Below, piece by piece: positions 43,217-52,554 of a stretch of 55,374 nucleotides of DNA. The notes under the pieces were generated by a model. It searched no databases. It saw only the letters and a program-made list of their open reading frames with translations, and was not told where the DNA came from. Position 1 is the first letter of the stretch. Each line of letters starts with the position of its first letter. The position numbers were made by a program, and so were the translations under genes. Source of the stretch: Thermoplasmatota archaeon. GTDB lineage: Archaea; Thermoplasmatota; E2; JACPAO01; JAHFTW01. The DNA lies in contig JBFIJP010000001.1 in NCBI GenBank assembly GCA_041600695.1, positions 1-55,374 of the forward strand. The letters are read 5' to 3'.

Positions 43217-45931
43217 CTACTGAACTGCCTGCGCGCCCGCCGCGACGCTCTGCCCCCGCCACGCCACCAGCCTGGCGCCCGTGCGGCCGCCGGCAACGTC
43301 CCGGCCCGCCAACTGTACCTGCACGGGGTCGCCCAGGCGGGCCCGGACCATGCGGGCCTCGCCCAGGTCGTCGTCAAACCACTCATCGAGCAGCTTGAGG
43401 TCCTCGGGATCGAAGCGCTGCGGTGCCTCAAGGTCGCTGAGGAAGAGCATGGATTCCCATTCGTCCACCTGGAAAGGGCCGCCGGGGAGGTCCCGGCTGC
43501 CGATGCGGGCGTCGATGCCGCGACCGACCTGGACGAACACGCTTGCGGGTGTAATTCCGGTGATGCGGGCCTTGGTGGTTTCCAGTGCGCCGCCACCGTG
43601 AAGGCTGGCCAGCACGAGGGCACTGGCCTTGATGCGGCGCTCCAACTGGTCCGCGGCCTGCTCCTGGTCGGAACAGTGGTCGCAGAGGCTGCGGAGGCTT
43701 TCGAGGTCGTGGGGCGGGGTACCCGACTCGGGGTCGCCCCCCTGGATCAGCCACTTGAGATTGCGGTGCACGACCAAGTCTGGGTAGCGCCGGATGGGGC
43801 TGGTGAAGTGGCCGTAATGGGTCGATGCGAGACCGAAGTGGCCCTGGTTTTCCGGCGCGTAATAGGCGCGGCCCATGGCGCCCAAGAGCTTGAACGTCGC
43901 CACTTCGGCCAGTTCGCGGTCCTTGATCTGAGACAGCAAGTCCACGGCCGCCCGGAAGGGGCGTAGCCACTGTTCTTGCTCCTCCTCGGACAGGGCAGCG
44001 AAGCCCTCGTCCTCTGGCTGTTCGTCTTCTTCCTCTTCCGGTTCTTCGGCCGTCTGGCCGGACAGGCCCATGCCGCCGCCGAACAGGTTGAGCTTGCCGC
44101 CGCCGGCCTTGAGTTGCTCCAGGAGGCTGTCGGCGGCCTGGCCTGCTGCCGCGGCCTTGGTAGCAGCCGCGCGCTTGGGGAGGCTCATGTCCACCTCGAA
44201 GCCCATGGTGGCCATCTGGTGCTGGAAGCGCTCCGCCTTGGCCGGGTCCGGCAGCGGGTGGCAGCGGTACAGGAGGCCCACGCCGCGCTCGTTGAGGTGC
44301 CGGGCGACCGCTTCGTTGGCGGCCACCATGAAGACCTCAATCATGCGCGTGGCGGGGTTGGCGTGCTTTTCGAGGGCCGAGAAACCGGATTCCTCCAGGA
44401 GAACCTTCAGTTCACCCGTTTCCAGGGCCAGGCCTCGCCGGTGGCTGCGCATCCGATCCGCTAGTTCGAGGAGGTTCTGGAAGTACGATTCGCCCGCCTC
44501 GGCGCGGCGAAGGGCGTCGTCGTAGGCCAGGTTTTCGGTGACCCGGATGAGGCTTGTGTGGAACGACGCGTGCTGCACGCGGCCTTGGGGATCGATGTCC
44601 ATGGCGACGCTGGAGGCGAACCGGTCGCCGTCGTCGCGCAGGCTGCACAGGTGGTCCGCGATACGGTGGGGCAGCATGGGCAGCACCCGTCCGGGCAGGT
44701 ACACGCTGGTGGCGCGCTTCTTGGCGTGCCGATCCAGCAGGGAGTCCTGCCGCACGTAATGGCTGACATCGGCGATGTGGACCCAGAGGCGCTGCCAGCC
44801 GGGGCCGCGGCCGGGCTCCTCGGACAGGTCGTCGATGCCCACGGCATCGTCGAAGTCCTTGGCATCCGGCGGGTCGATGGTGTAACAGGTCAGGTGGCGC
44901 AAGTCCTCCCGGCCGGGGTCGTCCTCCAGGCGGGGCTCCGGCAGGGCGTTGGCTGCGGCCTCGGCGTCGGGGTTCTCGACGTGCTCGAAGAAAGGCTCCT
45001 GATTGACGTGCCGCCGGGTCAGGCTGGCCACGGCCTGGTCGGCGTTCCACAGGCCCGATTCCAGCAGGAACTGCACGTAGTCGCTGCTCGTGGTGGTATG
45101 TTCGCCGCGAATCCAGTCCTGCGCGAGGAAACCCAGCGCCCGGTGCAGGTCCATCCCGAACACCCGCGTGGCGCCGAGACCGCCAATGCCGGCCACCGGC
45201 GCGCGGCCGTCGGGCACGCCGTCGTACTCCACGTACTGCTCCATGGCTGCGCGGGCCCACGTCATCGCGTCCCGGTCCGCTTCGTCAAGGCCGGCGGCAT
45301 CCAGTTCGATGCGCACGAACAGCCGCTCGCCCTCCTCATCCTCCTGGATGTCCACGAGTTTCTTGCGCAGAACCTGCAGCCGCTCCCAGGCCTCCCGCAT
45401 CTGCTGAACCTCGGCTCGGGTCCACGGCCGCCACGTGTCCCCCCGTCCGGCAACGGTCTCAAACCGGCCCGTGCCAGCCCGGCGGCAGCGAGCAAGCGCC
45501 TCCCGCACGTCCTTCAACTGCTGGCTGGACGGTTCCCGGTAGCGCGCCACGGCGATCTGTTCATCGGTCCACGGGTCCCCCGGCTGGCCCCCCGGTGGCC
45601 CATCGCAGGTCGCCTCCCACAGCGCCTCCTCCAGCGCGCCCAGATCGTCCTCGGCCTCCTCGGCCAGTCCTCCCTCAGCGTGCTGTGACAACAGGAAGCG
45701 CAGGCGGGCCTGGACTTCGTCTGCCTTAGCCAGCGGCCCCTCGTAGCGCTGCTTGAAAACACGGTGCGTGAGGCGGTCCCACCCGATCTCCTTCTCGCCC
45801 TCGACGGTCATCACGCGGGCGCGTACGACCCCCTTGCGGCGGGTCCGCTCCAGCAGGACCCCCAGGTTCTGGGGCGCCTCAATGCCGAAGAGGCCGCTGC
45901 GAAACTCCACCACGTCCCCGGGTTTGGCCAT
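43217..45931 (-). CDS. rnr: RNase R / RNase II-family 3'-5' exoribonuclease
   Basis: RNB-domain motifs TIDPPDAKDFDDAV, ADVSHYV, TSVYLPGRVLPMLP and HFGL....YGHFTSPIRRYPDLVVHR. C-terminal S1-like domain. ATG at 45931. Confidence 0.9.
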   Translation of the reverse strand: MAKPGDVVEFRSGLFGIEAPQNLGVLLERTRRKGVVRARVMTVEGEKEIGWDRLTHRVFKQRYEGPLAKADEVQARLRFLLSQHAEGGLAEEAEDDLGALEEALWEATCDGPPGGQPGDPWTDEQIAVARYREPSSQQLKDVREALARCRRAGTGRFETVAGRGDTWRPWTRAEVQQMREAWERLQVLRKKLVDIQEDEEGERLFVRIELDAAGLDEADRDAMTWARAAMEQYVEYDGVPDGRAPVAGIGGLGATRVFGMDLHRALGFLAQDWIRGEHTTTSSDYVQFLLESGLWNADQAVASLTRRHVNQEPFFEHVENPDAEAAANALPEPRLEDDPGREDLRHLTCYTIDPPDAKDFDDAVGIDDLSEEPGRGPGWQRLWVHIADVSHYVRQDSLLDRHAKKRATSVYLPGRVLPMLPHRIADHLCSLRDDGDRFASSVAMDIDPQGRVQHASFHTSLIRVTENLAYDDALRRAEAGESYFQNLLELADRMRSHRRGLALETGELKVLLEESGFSALEKHANPATRMIEVFMVAANEAVARHLNERGVGLLYRCHPLPDPAKAERFQHQMATMGFEVDMSLPKRAAATKAAAAGQAADSLLEQLKAGGGKLNLFGGGMGLSGQTAEEPEEEEDEQPEDEGFAALSEEEQEQWLRPFRAAVDLLSQIKDRELAEVATFKLLGAMGRAYYAPENQGHFGLASTHYGHFTSPIRRYPDLVVHRNLKWLIQGGDPESGTPPHDLESLRSLCDHCSDQEQAADQLERRIKASALVLASLHGGGALETTKARITGITPASVFVQVGRGIDARIGSRDLPGGPFQVDEWESMLFLSDLEAPQRFDPEDLKLLDEWFDDDLGEARMVRARLGDPVQVQLAGRDVAGGRTGARLVAWRGQSVAAGAQAVQ

Positions 45932-46033
45932 GCGCGGGTGCCGGCAGCCGACGGCCCATCCTAACGCCTTCGTTGAGCGATCGCCGGGGTTCACCTCCAA
46001 ACGCTTTTGCCCCGCGGCCCGGCTGGGGCATCC

Positions 46034-47074
46034 ATGCGAGCCGTTCCCGTCCTGTTGATTCTCGTGGCGACAGCCCTAGCCGGCTGTTCAGACTCGGCGC
46101 CCGCGGGAGCCACCGCCCGCCAACTTCTGGCAACAGCGGACGCCGAAGCCCAGGCCTGGAACCCGGCGGCAACCCTGGTCGCCGTCCAGGCGGTTGAATT
46201 GCACGAAGCCATGGAAGACGAGGGCGAGGACGACGACCCCTTCTTTACGGCGGCCAACCGCGCCGACCCCGCGGTGGGCAACGGCCGGGCGGCAGCCTGG
46301 GCTTATGAATACAAGAGGAGCGACTCCGATGAGCGGTTCCAGGTTGTCGTTGATGAAGACGGAAAGGCGCAGACATCCGCCGGCGGGGACGGAGACGACT
46401 CCCCGTTTGGCGGCGAGCCAATCGGTAGCTGGCGCGTCGATTCGGACCAGGCCGCCCGCACGTTGCGCCGCGAAGCGTCCGACTTCTCCCAGCGGGCCGC
46501 CGACGAGGATGCCATCGTCCTGTGGACCCTGGGCCGGGAAAACGCCACGGCCGATGCCGTCTGGGCAACCGTCGTTTTCAGCATCGCCGACGGAGCCGAG
46601 GATGTCCGGATCTTCATCGTCGGAGCAGTCAACGGTACCTACCTGGGGAGTTTCAGCCTGGAGGACTTTGTGCTCCGGTTCAGTCTGCCGCCTCAGGAGT
46701 GGGGTTCCTTCAGCGAGCAGCTCACAACAGCCACTCCGGCTGCCATGCACAGCTTCAACATTGACCACGAGGGCCACGAGCGACTGAACGTGATCGTTCG
46801 CAGTGCAGATCCCACGGTCGGGTCCACGTTGAACATCACGATCCTCCAAGGGGATGTCCTCCGGTTTGCGGGCGACCTGGAGTCAGGCCTGCTGTCCGAA
46901 AGCCTCGTGAAGACGTTCTTCCTGCCGGCGAACGCCCCCTTGGTCGGAACATGGACCGTTCAGGTGGCCCTCACCGAGGGCCTCGCGCAAGGCTACGAGG
47001 TCTTGTGGTGCGCCCCGGGCCTCACCGTAACCATCGACCAGCCCCCATTCAGCCAGGATACCGCCTGCGACTAG
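46034..47074 (+). CDS. Lipoprotein of unknown function (paralogue of 42117-43127)
   Basis: Signal plus lipobox LVATALAGC. It is acidic and shares N-terminal (W.P.A.LV) and C-terminal (WT..V.L..G....YEV.WCA.G) blocks with 42117-43127. Confidence 0.65.
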   Translation: MRAVPVLLILVATALAGCSDSAPAGATARQLLATADAEAQAWNPAATLVAVQAVELHEAMEDEGEDDDPFFTAANRADPAVGNGRAAAWAYEYKRSDSDERFQVVVDEDGKAQTSAGGDGDDSPFGGEPIGSWRVDSDQAARTLRREASDFSQRAADEDAIVLWTLGRENATADAVWATVVFSIADGAEDVRIFIVGAVNGTYLGSFSLEDFVLRFSLPPQEWGSFSEQLTTATPAAMHSFNIDHEGHERLNVIVRSADPTVGSTLNITILQGDVLRFAGDLESGLLSESLVKTFFLPANAPLVGTWTVQVALTEGLAQGYEVLWCAPGLTVTIDQPPFSQDTACD

Positions 47075-47292
47075 CGCAGTCCACTACGAAGGGCGGCCAG
47101 CGCCTCGTAAGGGCGCTCGGGCTTGACCCCGCCACTGGCCAGCAGGACGCCGAATACACCGAGTTCGATGGCTTTGGCGACGTGACAGGCGCCGCACGGC
47201 GGGACCTCATCCGGGTTCTTCGGTGGGCCTTTATAGCGCTGGTCGAACACCCGGATTCGGCACTGGGAATTCTCTTGGGTCCGGCAGGGTTT
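47071..47292 (-). pseudogene. Possible remnant of a CMP/dCMP-type zinc deaminase gene (open frame with no ATG and an upstream in-frame TGA)
   Basis: The minus frame reads ..TQENSQCRIRVFDQRYKGPPKNPDEVPPCGACHVAKAIELGVFGV...*. It has PCxxC followed by AKAI..G, and an E-N pair exactly 26 residues before the first Cys, as in HAE.N...PCxxC deaminases, but His is replaced by Thr. Very tentative. Confidence 0.2.
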
Positions 47293-47436
47293 TCAATTCA
47301 AGGCCTGACGTACGTACAACGGTCGAACTCAACCGCGCCGACCACAGGGAGCCGTCGGTTGGAGTGATTTGTTCGAAGGCGGGGGAGGTCACGATTCTCG
47401 GCGTCTACAATTTGCTATCGTGATTCTCTTGCCCCA

Positions 47437-48510
47437 TCAATTTGGGGTCCACCATGGCAGCGTGCAGTTCCCGGACTTGTCGGTTATTATCGCAACACTT
47501 TGAGCGGCGCGGGTTACGGCGACGTAGAAACATGCGGCCGGTATGGCATCGAGCCCCTTGTTATGTTGTAAGAATTGCCGGATGCCCGCGGTGGGGACAA
47601 TCAGAATTCGCTCGTGTTCGGTCCCCTTCGATATTTTGAAGTTCGTGAACCGCAGATTGTATTCTTTTCCCGAGGCAACGCTATGTCTTAGACAATGCGG
47701 GCCGAACGTGTCCACGTATTCGTAAATATGGTCTGGGTGAACTAAGAATAGCCCATCGTGGCCCGTTTCTTTCACGTTGTGGGTTTCGGTTGCTGGAAAA
47801 TCCCAGAGATGGGCGAAAATCGTGTCCGCGAATTTCGCTATTTCGCCGTGGCATCGCCAAGTGGTTGATTGGAACTCGATTTCCAGTGTGCCTGCATCGA
47901 CCCGCTCCTGGAACCAATCCATTGCCCCTGCGTAGGCATAGGCGCTGTTCTTTTTGCTTCGTGGATTAGTTGCCAATACCGCTTGGCGAACGTCGCCCAC
48001 CATTCGGATATGAATGGCTGATTTGAACAAATGGTCAAGAATGTCCCAGTCGTGCGCACTAAGGTCCTGAACTTCATCAATCAGGATTTCATCATATAGT
48101 GCCTCGAGCCGGTTCATCAGAGCCCCGCCCGCCAATCCAACCAATTCGCTAGAAAGGCGCCCAAGTTCGCAAGCGTAAACAGCGCCACTGGCGTCAAGGA
48201 ATCGCGCTGCCCCTGATGCCTTGAAATGTGGTCGACCTTCGAAATTGAATCCCCTGACTCGCAGGCCAGGAAATTTGAATGGGATAAACGGCCGGGCAAA
48301 GTGGCGCAGCAGGAATGTAAACCAGCCCATTACCTCCAGATGGGAGTGGTCGCCTGCAACCCCTCGCAAGCGTTCCTTCAAAACGCTTTGATTAGCGGTC
48401 GTGAAGGTCAAGACAAGGATTTTTCTGTCTCGCGGCGCATCGGCACAATGTTGGACCAGGCTCGTGGTTTTTCCTGACCCGGCGACGGCCAATTCAAGAC
48501 TATTGGGCAT
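47437..48510 (-). CDS. gajB: Compact UvrD-like SF1 helicase, GajB-like
   Basis: AVAGSGKTT (motif I), ILIDEVQDLS (II), MVGDVRQAV (III), SKGTEHERILIV (V) and YVAVTRAAQSVAII (VI). Only 357 aa. Its start overlaps the stop of the upstream OLD-type gene by 11 nt. Confidence 0.8.
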   Translation of the reverse strand: MPNSLELAVAGSGKTTSLVQHCADAPRDRKILVLTFTTANQSVLKERLRGVAGDHSHLEVMGWFTFLLRHFARPFIPFKFPGLRVRGFNFEGRPHFKASGAARFLDASGAVYACELGRLSSELVGLAGGALMNRLEALYDEILIDEVQDLSAHDWDILDHLFKSAIHIRMVGDVRQAVLATNPRSKKNSAYAYAGAMDWFQERVDAGTLEIEFQSTTWRCHGEIAKFADTIFAHLWDFPATETHNVKETGHDGLFLVHPDHIYEYVDTFGPHCLRHSVASGKEYNLRFTNFKISKGTEHERILIVPTAGIRQFLQHNKGLDAIPAACFYVAVTRAAQSVAIITDKSGNCTLPWWTPN

Positions 48511-50104
48511 GGATGAACTCCGCCGCCGCGGAAAGGTATGCTGGTGGGTTGAGTGCTTCCGTCGACGTGGCTATCCTGAGTGCGCCTTCCGTTTTTTCAC
48601 GACCCATCCATGTAGTGAGGTTTGCGTGGTCCGTGATTCCGAGCAGGCTACGCATCGCGGGTTCTCCATTTGCATGGACGAGTTGGGGCTCTAGCGTCCG
48701 GCCGGATGCAACGTCTCCAATAAACACCTCTCGACGTCCACCCACCAGCCACTGGGCAAGGGAAGTTCTCAGCGTTTCTGGTTCAGCACCATCGTTGTCA
48801 AGCACTACGGCCACAACCTTGTCCAGGGCGGCGCACAGTTCCAAACACTTGGCGGCTGAAAGACTCTTCATGCTGAGGACGTCAGTGCCGTGATCCAGTG
48901 GGCTGGCGCCAAATTTGTCCCGATATATGCGTTCAAAGATTATTTCGTCCGATGGGCCCTCCACTAGAACCAATTTCTTGGAAAGTGCAATCCGCAAGGT
49001 GTCGTAGCCGGGGAGTTTTTGGAAGTAATTGGCCGTACTTGGGTCCATTTCCGGGATTCGTGGGGCGTTTCCAGGCCCCATTAGGAAAAGCCGATCAAGC
49101 CGCAAGCGATTCAGTAAAAACGAATTGTGCGTTGCTATGAACACCTGTTGCCCATCAGCCGCTAGGTGTTCTATCTTTGACACAAGCGACACGAGAGCAG
49201 GGTATGCCAAATGGTTCTCGGGTTCCTCTATCATGACTATGTTCGCTTTATCCTGTTGCTGATGCATCGCTAGGGATATTTTGATGGCCGCTTGCTGTCC
49301 TTGTCCGGACATTGCGAATGGCACGCCGTCGACGTGGGGTGCGATGGAATTTTGCCACGATGCCCGGGCGCTTTGGTCTACGGCAAGTGTGATTGGCTTG
49401 TCATGAAGGGCTGTTTGGGCGGCTGAAATGCGCGCGTTTACCTCGTCCAAGGGGGGTGACGCGACGTTTTCCCGGCTTTGACGGAACGCAAGCGAAATGG
49501 CCGCCCGCTCTGCCGGTTCGAGAAAATCATTGAGAATGTCCCTGAGATGGAAATCAATCCCCGCAGTTGAACGGACTGTTCGCGAGTCAATAATCGCGGT
49601 CGCAAGGGGTCGTGGGCGCCGTAGTAAAGGGTCGTCAGCGAAACTTCTCCAAACCACCGAGTAGTATTCGATGGGAAGAATTGGCGAGGGATTGTTGGCC
49701 CAGAGTTCAAAATCGTCGGCAAATTCCGGATTCAGTACGACACTAAGGGCGACACCCGGACATGCATTGGTTGGCACGTCGCTGTTTATTGCGCCAGTAA
49801 GTCGCTGCAAATCTCCCCTATCCTGGAGGAAAACCTCGATGTGTATCTCGGGCGGGGGTGCAGCAATTCCTGATTTTCGGGCCTCCAAAAAAGCCTGAAC
49901 ATGACTCTTGTTGAACCAAAATGGATTCAGGTCGTCCGCTGCTCTCCGTCCATTCAGTCGCCCTGTGAGGGCAAGAATCATCGACTCCATTAGGGTTGAT
50001 TTACCGCTTTCGTTGGCGCCAACGATAAGGTTGAACCCTTCATTAGGGTGAAACTCGAATGACTGGAAAATTCGGTAACCCGAAATCTTGACCTTGGAAA
50101 TCAT
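48500..50104 (-). CDS. gajA: OLD-family ATPase-TOPRIM nuclease, GajA-like
   Basis: N-terminal ABC-type ATPase with GANESGKST (Walker A), MSGQGQQAAIKISLA, VMIEEPENHL (Walker B) and FIATHNSFLL. C-terminal TOPRIM with LVLVEGPSDEIIFERIY and VAVVLDNDG. Confidence 0.85.
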   Translation of the reverse strand: MISKVKISGYRIFQSFEFHPNEGFNLIVGANESGKSTLMESMILALTGRLNGRRAADDLNPFWFNKSHVQAFLEARKSGIAAPPPEIHIEVFLQDRGDLQRLTGAINSDVPTNACPGVALSVVLNPEFADDFELWANNPSPILPIEYYSVVWRSFADDPLLRRPRPLATAIIDSRTVRSTAGIDFHLRDILNDFLEPAERAAISLAFRQSRENVASPPLDEVNARISAAQTALHDKPITLAVDQSARASWQNSIAPHVDGVPFAMSGQGQQAAIKISLAMHQQQDKANIVMIEEPENHLAYPALVSLVSKIEHLAADGQQVFIATHNSFLLNRLRLDRLFLMGPGNAPRIPEMDPSTANYFQKLPGYDTLRIALSKKLVLVEGPSDEIIFERIYRDKFGASPLDHGTDVLSMKSLSAAKCLELCAALDKVVAVVLDNDGAEPETLRTSLAQWLVGGRREVFIGDVASGRTLEPQLVHANGEPAMRSLLGITDHANLTTWMGREKTEGALRIATSTEALNPPAYLSAAAEFIHAQ

Positions 50105-50135
50105 CCCGCCGACCTGGCGGTGACACGGTTGGTCC

Positions 50136-50145
50136 CATTATATGC
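50136..50145 (-). promoter_or_regulatory. TATA-box-like element upstream of the gajA-like gene
   Basis: The minus strand reads gcATATAATggg, centred ~36 nt upstream of the ATG at 50104. This is a position-based guess only. Confidence 0.25.
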
Positions 50146-50916
50146 TCGCCTACCCCGCCGTCGAACTCGCCTTATGCGCATCAAGAGCAATCACGGCTCT
50201 CACGTTCTTCACCTGCCCGACGACCGGCACGGATCGTCAGCACGTGTCCGGTCAATGGCCCAACGACACGCTGGGATCGCAGCACTGGGACAGGGCCCAC
50301 GGCAGACGTACATTACCACTTTTTAGACGGCGTCCGCAGCTCCGGACGGAGAACGTTTTTTGGTGAACTGGCTGGCCTGGAACCCCGGTCTCCGGCTCCG
50401 AGTGAACCTGCAAGCTAGCGCCGTTCACCAGCGCCCGAGATGTAGCCTGTAGGCAATCATCGTGTGCGTAGGCGAACAATTGACGCGGCGCTGGCGCATC
50501 CTATGCAGGAAACGTAATCGATTAAGATGGTCAATGCGGACATGATTCCCGTCAAGTCCGTATTCACCAAGGCACGGCGCTGACGACGGCTTGTTTTTGG
50601 TCAATCAATCCCATAGAGCAATCCTAAGGCCAAGGCAGGTCGCTTCGGCCATTTAGGTGCTGGGCACGCAATCACCCCTCGAGGTTTCTCAACCGACTTG
50701 CTGGCGCGTCCAAAACGTGGAGCCACGGTTGTTCTTCGCACACCTGCGATCCTCCGGGGAGGTTCGATGTCACCGGGCCCATGGGCTAGCGCCCGCATAC
50801 CGCCACACATCAACCGACCGGCAACCCACAGTGACGAAGAAGACGGCGCGGCGGGTTCGCGGGTCGGCTGGATGTAATTGTTATGCGCCCTTCACCACCT
50901 TTTCGACAAAAAATTC

Positions 50917-51402
50917 CTAGCTGCAAGCGCCCATCCACTGACAGATTTCATTCGCAACGGCACCTGTGCCCTGAGAGATTACGGCGCCCAACCCTCTAAG
51001 AAATGTTAGGGCTGCTTCAACGTCCACGCCAGCGAAGTCTGCCAAGGCAACCACTACTCCTGACTCTGGAGTAAGTGCTGCAAGACCGGCCACCCCGACA
51101 ATAACAATTGCAGCTGCGACGGTATAAGCCCCAACCTTGCACCAAGTGCAGCCAGCCCCACCTGTCAACACTTCCCTATGGGCTGCTGATAGCTGGTCTT
51201 CGGAGGCTTCCCTGAGTCGGGCGACAAGATCTCCAGCGACTTCCTTAAAGTAGCTATTGAATCCCTCATCGTCACCTTTGGGCAGGCTAAGGCCGTTACG
51301 CCGAAAGGCAGCGGCTGGGTCGGCTAAGCATTGCTCTGCGTTAGTCTTACTTGCGAATGCATCCTTTATCGTTCTTGCTACGATCTTCATTTCACCGGAC
51401 AT
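50917..51402 (-). CDS. Orphan 161-aa protein with one central TM helix and 4 Cys
   Basis: AGGTGA lies 3-4 nt before the ATG at 51402. The soluble N-terminal ~85 aa is followed by CTWCKVGAYTVAAAIVIVGVAGLAAL, and the protein ends in CQWMGACS. I recognise no family. Confidence 0.5.
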   Translation of the reverse strand: MSGEMKIVARTIKDAFASKTNAEQCLADPAAAFRRNGLSLPKGDDEGFNSYFKEVAGDLVARLREASEDQLSAAHREVLTGGAGCTWCKVGAYTVAAAIVIVGVAGLAALTPESGVVVALADFAGVDVEAALTFLRGLGAVISQGTGAVANEICQWMGACS

Positions 51403-51698
51403 AGTTCACCTGCCTTTTCTTCCGTGGTCGTTTAGTTACATCGTCGCTCATCTCTAACCGAATAGCGCGGCGGATAAGGGTTATGGGCCGGAACACGGGG
51501 TGGTGGCCCAGCGAGCGTAGCGAACGATGCCGTGTTCTTGCTTGCCGCAGGCTTTGGCGAGGAATTGCCCTCTAGTATATCTTCCGGTATATGGTAACTA
51601 CTCGCCGAGTGCCGATGAAATCTTGCTAAATGTTGCGAAATTGCCTACAGCTTGAGTAGTAGACCTTGACGCTGAATTCGGGTTGATGTCAAGTGCTC

Positions 51699-52049
51699 TC
51701 AGATAAGCATGACGCGGATGTTGTGGCGGCTCTTTTTTCTTTTTATTTCATTGGCTCGCGCGGTCGGTGTGCGGCTGCCAAGGCGGTCGCCGAATGCGCC
51801 TTTGGTCATCGCGAAGGTGGTCTCCATGAGGCTACGCTGCGCAATGAGTTCCTGAAAACGATTTGGGAATTGGCGGCCAAATCGGACGCCCTTTTCATAA
51901 TCGATACGGGCAAAGCAAGCCCATTTGGCATTGCTCCTGGGCCGATGAAGGGGTCGTGCTCCACGCTGGCTGGCAATGGCCATACAGGCTTGATTGGCGT
52001 ATTGCTGGGCACGGTGATCGCGCAGAAGCCAGGCATGAAAACGATTCAA
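51699..52049 (-). mobile_element. C-terminal remnant of a DDE (IS4/IS5-like) transposase gene
   Basis: ...RGARPLHRPRSNAKW....IDYEKG.....RSLMETTFAMTKGAFGDRLGSRTPTARANEIKRKKSRHNIRVMLI* fits the common transposase C-terminus Y..RS.VET.F...K..FG..L.S.T...Q.NE....(L.HN)I..LI. I found no matching intact N-terminal part or inverted repeats. Confidence 0.6.
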
Positions 52050-52554
52050 CAGGTGACGGAACCGACGGCTGCGATTCCTGCGACTCAGCGTTGTCGCATC
52101 ATACGTTTATTGGAAGCCCATGAAATCACTGGGGCGCAGCCCCGGCATCGTCAGGATTTGGTGCAGCACATCCTGAAATCAGGAGCAGCCCCGCGAGCGC
52201 GGCGGCCCTCAAGGTGGCGGGCTTCGGCGGTCGCGTGCCGCCGAACCACCGAATCCAGTTCCCTCCATGTTTGACGTCCACCTGGGACGTAATCGCGATG
52301 ACCTACAAGGTCCTTTGCCGTTCGCAATGGTGAAGCAGCGGACCGCGCCGCCGAACAGGGTCCGGGGGGGGGCGGTTGCGCGTCCGTAGCGGCATCTAGA
52401 TCGCGCGCCGCTCCTCCTGGGGCTCCCCGGAGTGGAGGAGCCGTCGACCCAAGGACTCAACGGGCGGCGTTGTGCTCGCCCTTGCGATGGCCTCCCGCCC
52501 GGGCGTTTCCGGTGGGTGCGTGGCTGGTGCGCCGCCTGCTGCCTGGGTCTAAGA

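Noticed and set aside
47437-50104. The ATPase-TOPRIM plus helicase pair might be PARIS (AriA/AriB) or Hachiman.
   Set aside because: PARIS lacks a UvrD-like helicase partner. Hachiman pairs a DUF1837 protein with an SF2 helicase. The OLD-type ATPase-TOPRIM with an SF1 UvrD-like helicase fits Gabija best, but this still needs HMM confirmation.
50331-50361. A hairpin (cgtccg/cggacg) followed by T6 might be a terminator of an unannotated transcript upstream of gajA.
   Set aside because: There is no upstream gene on that strand to terminate and the stem is only 6 bp. I noted it but did not call it.
50745-50800. GGTTCGAT sequence (ccggggaggttcgatgtcaccggg) resembling a tRNA T-loop near the island.
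   Set aside because: The flanking bases do not form a 5-bp T-stem or an acceptor stem, and no D or anticodon arms could be drawn.
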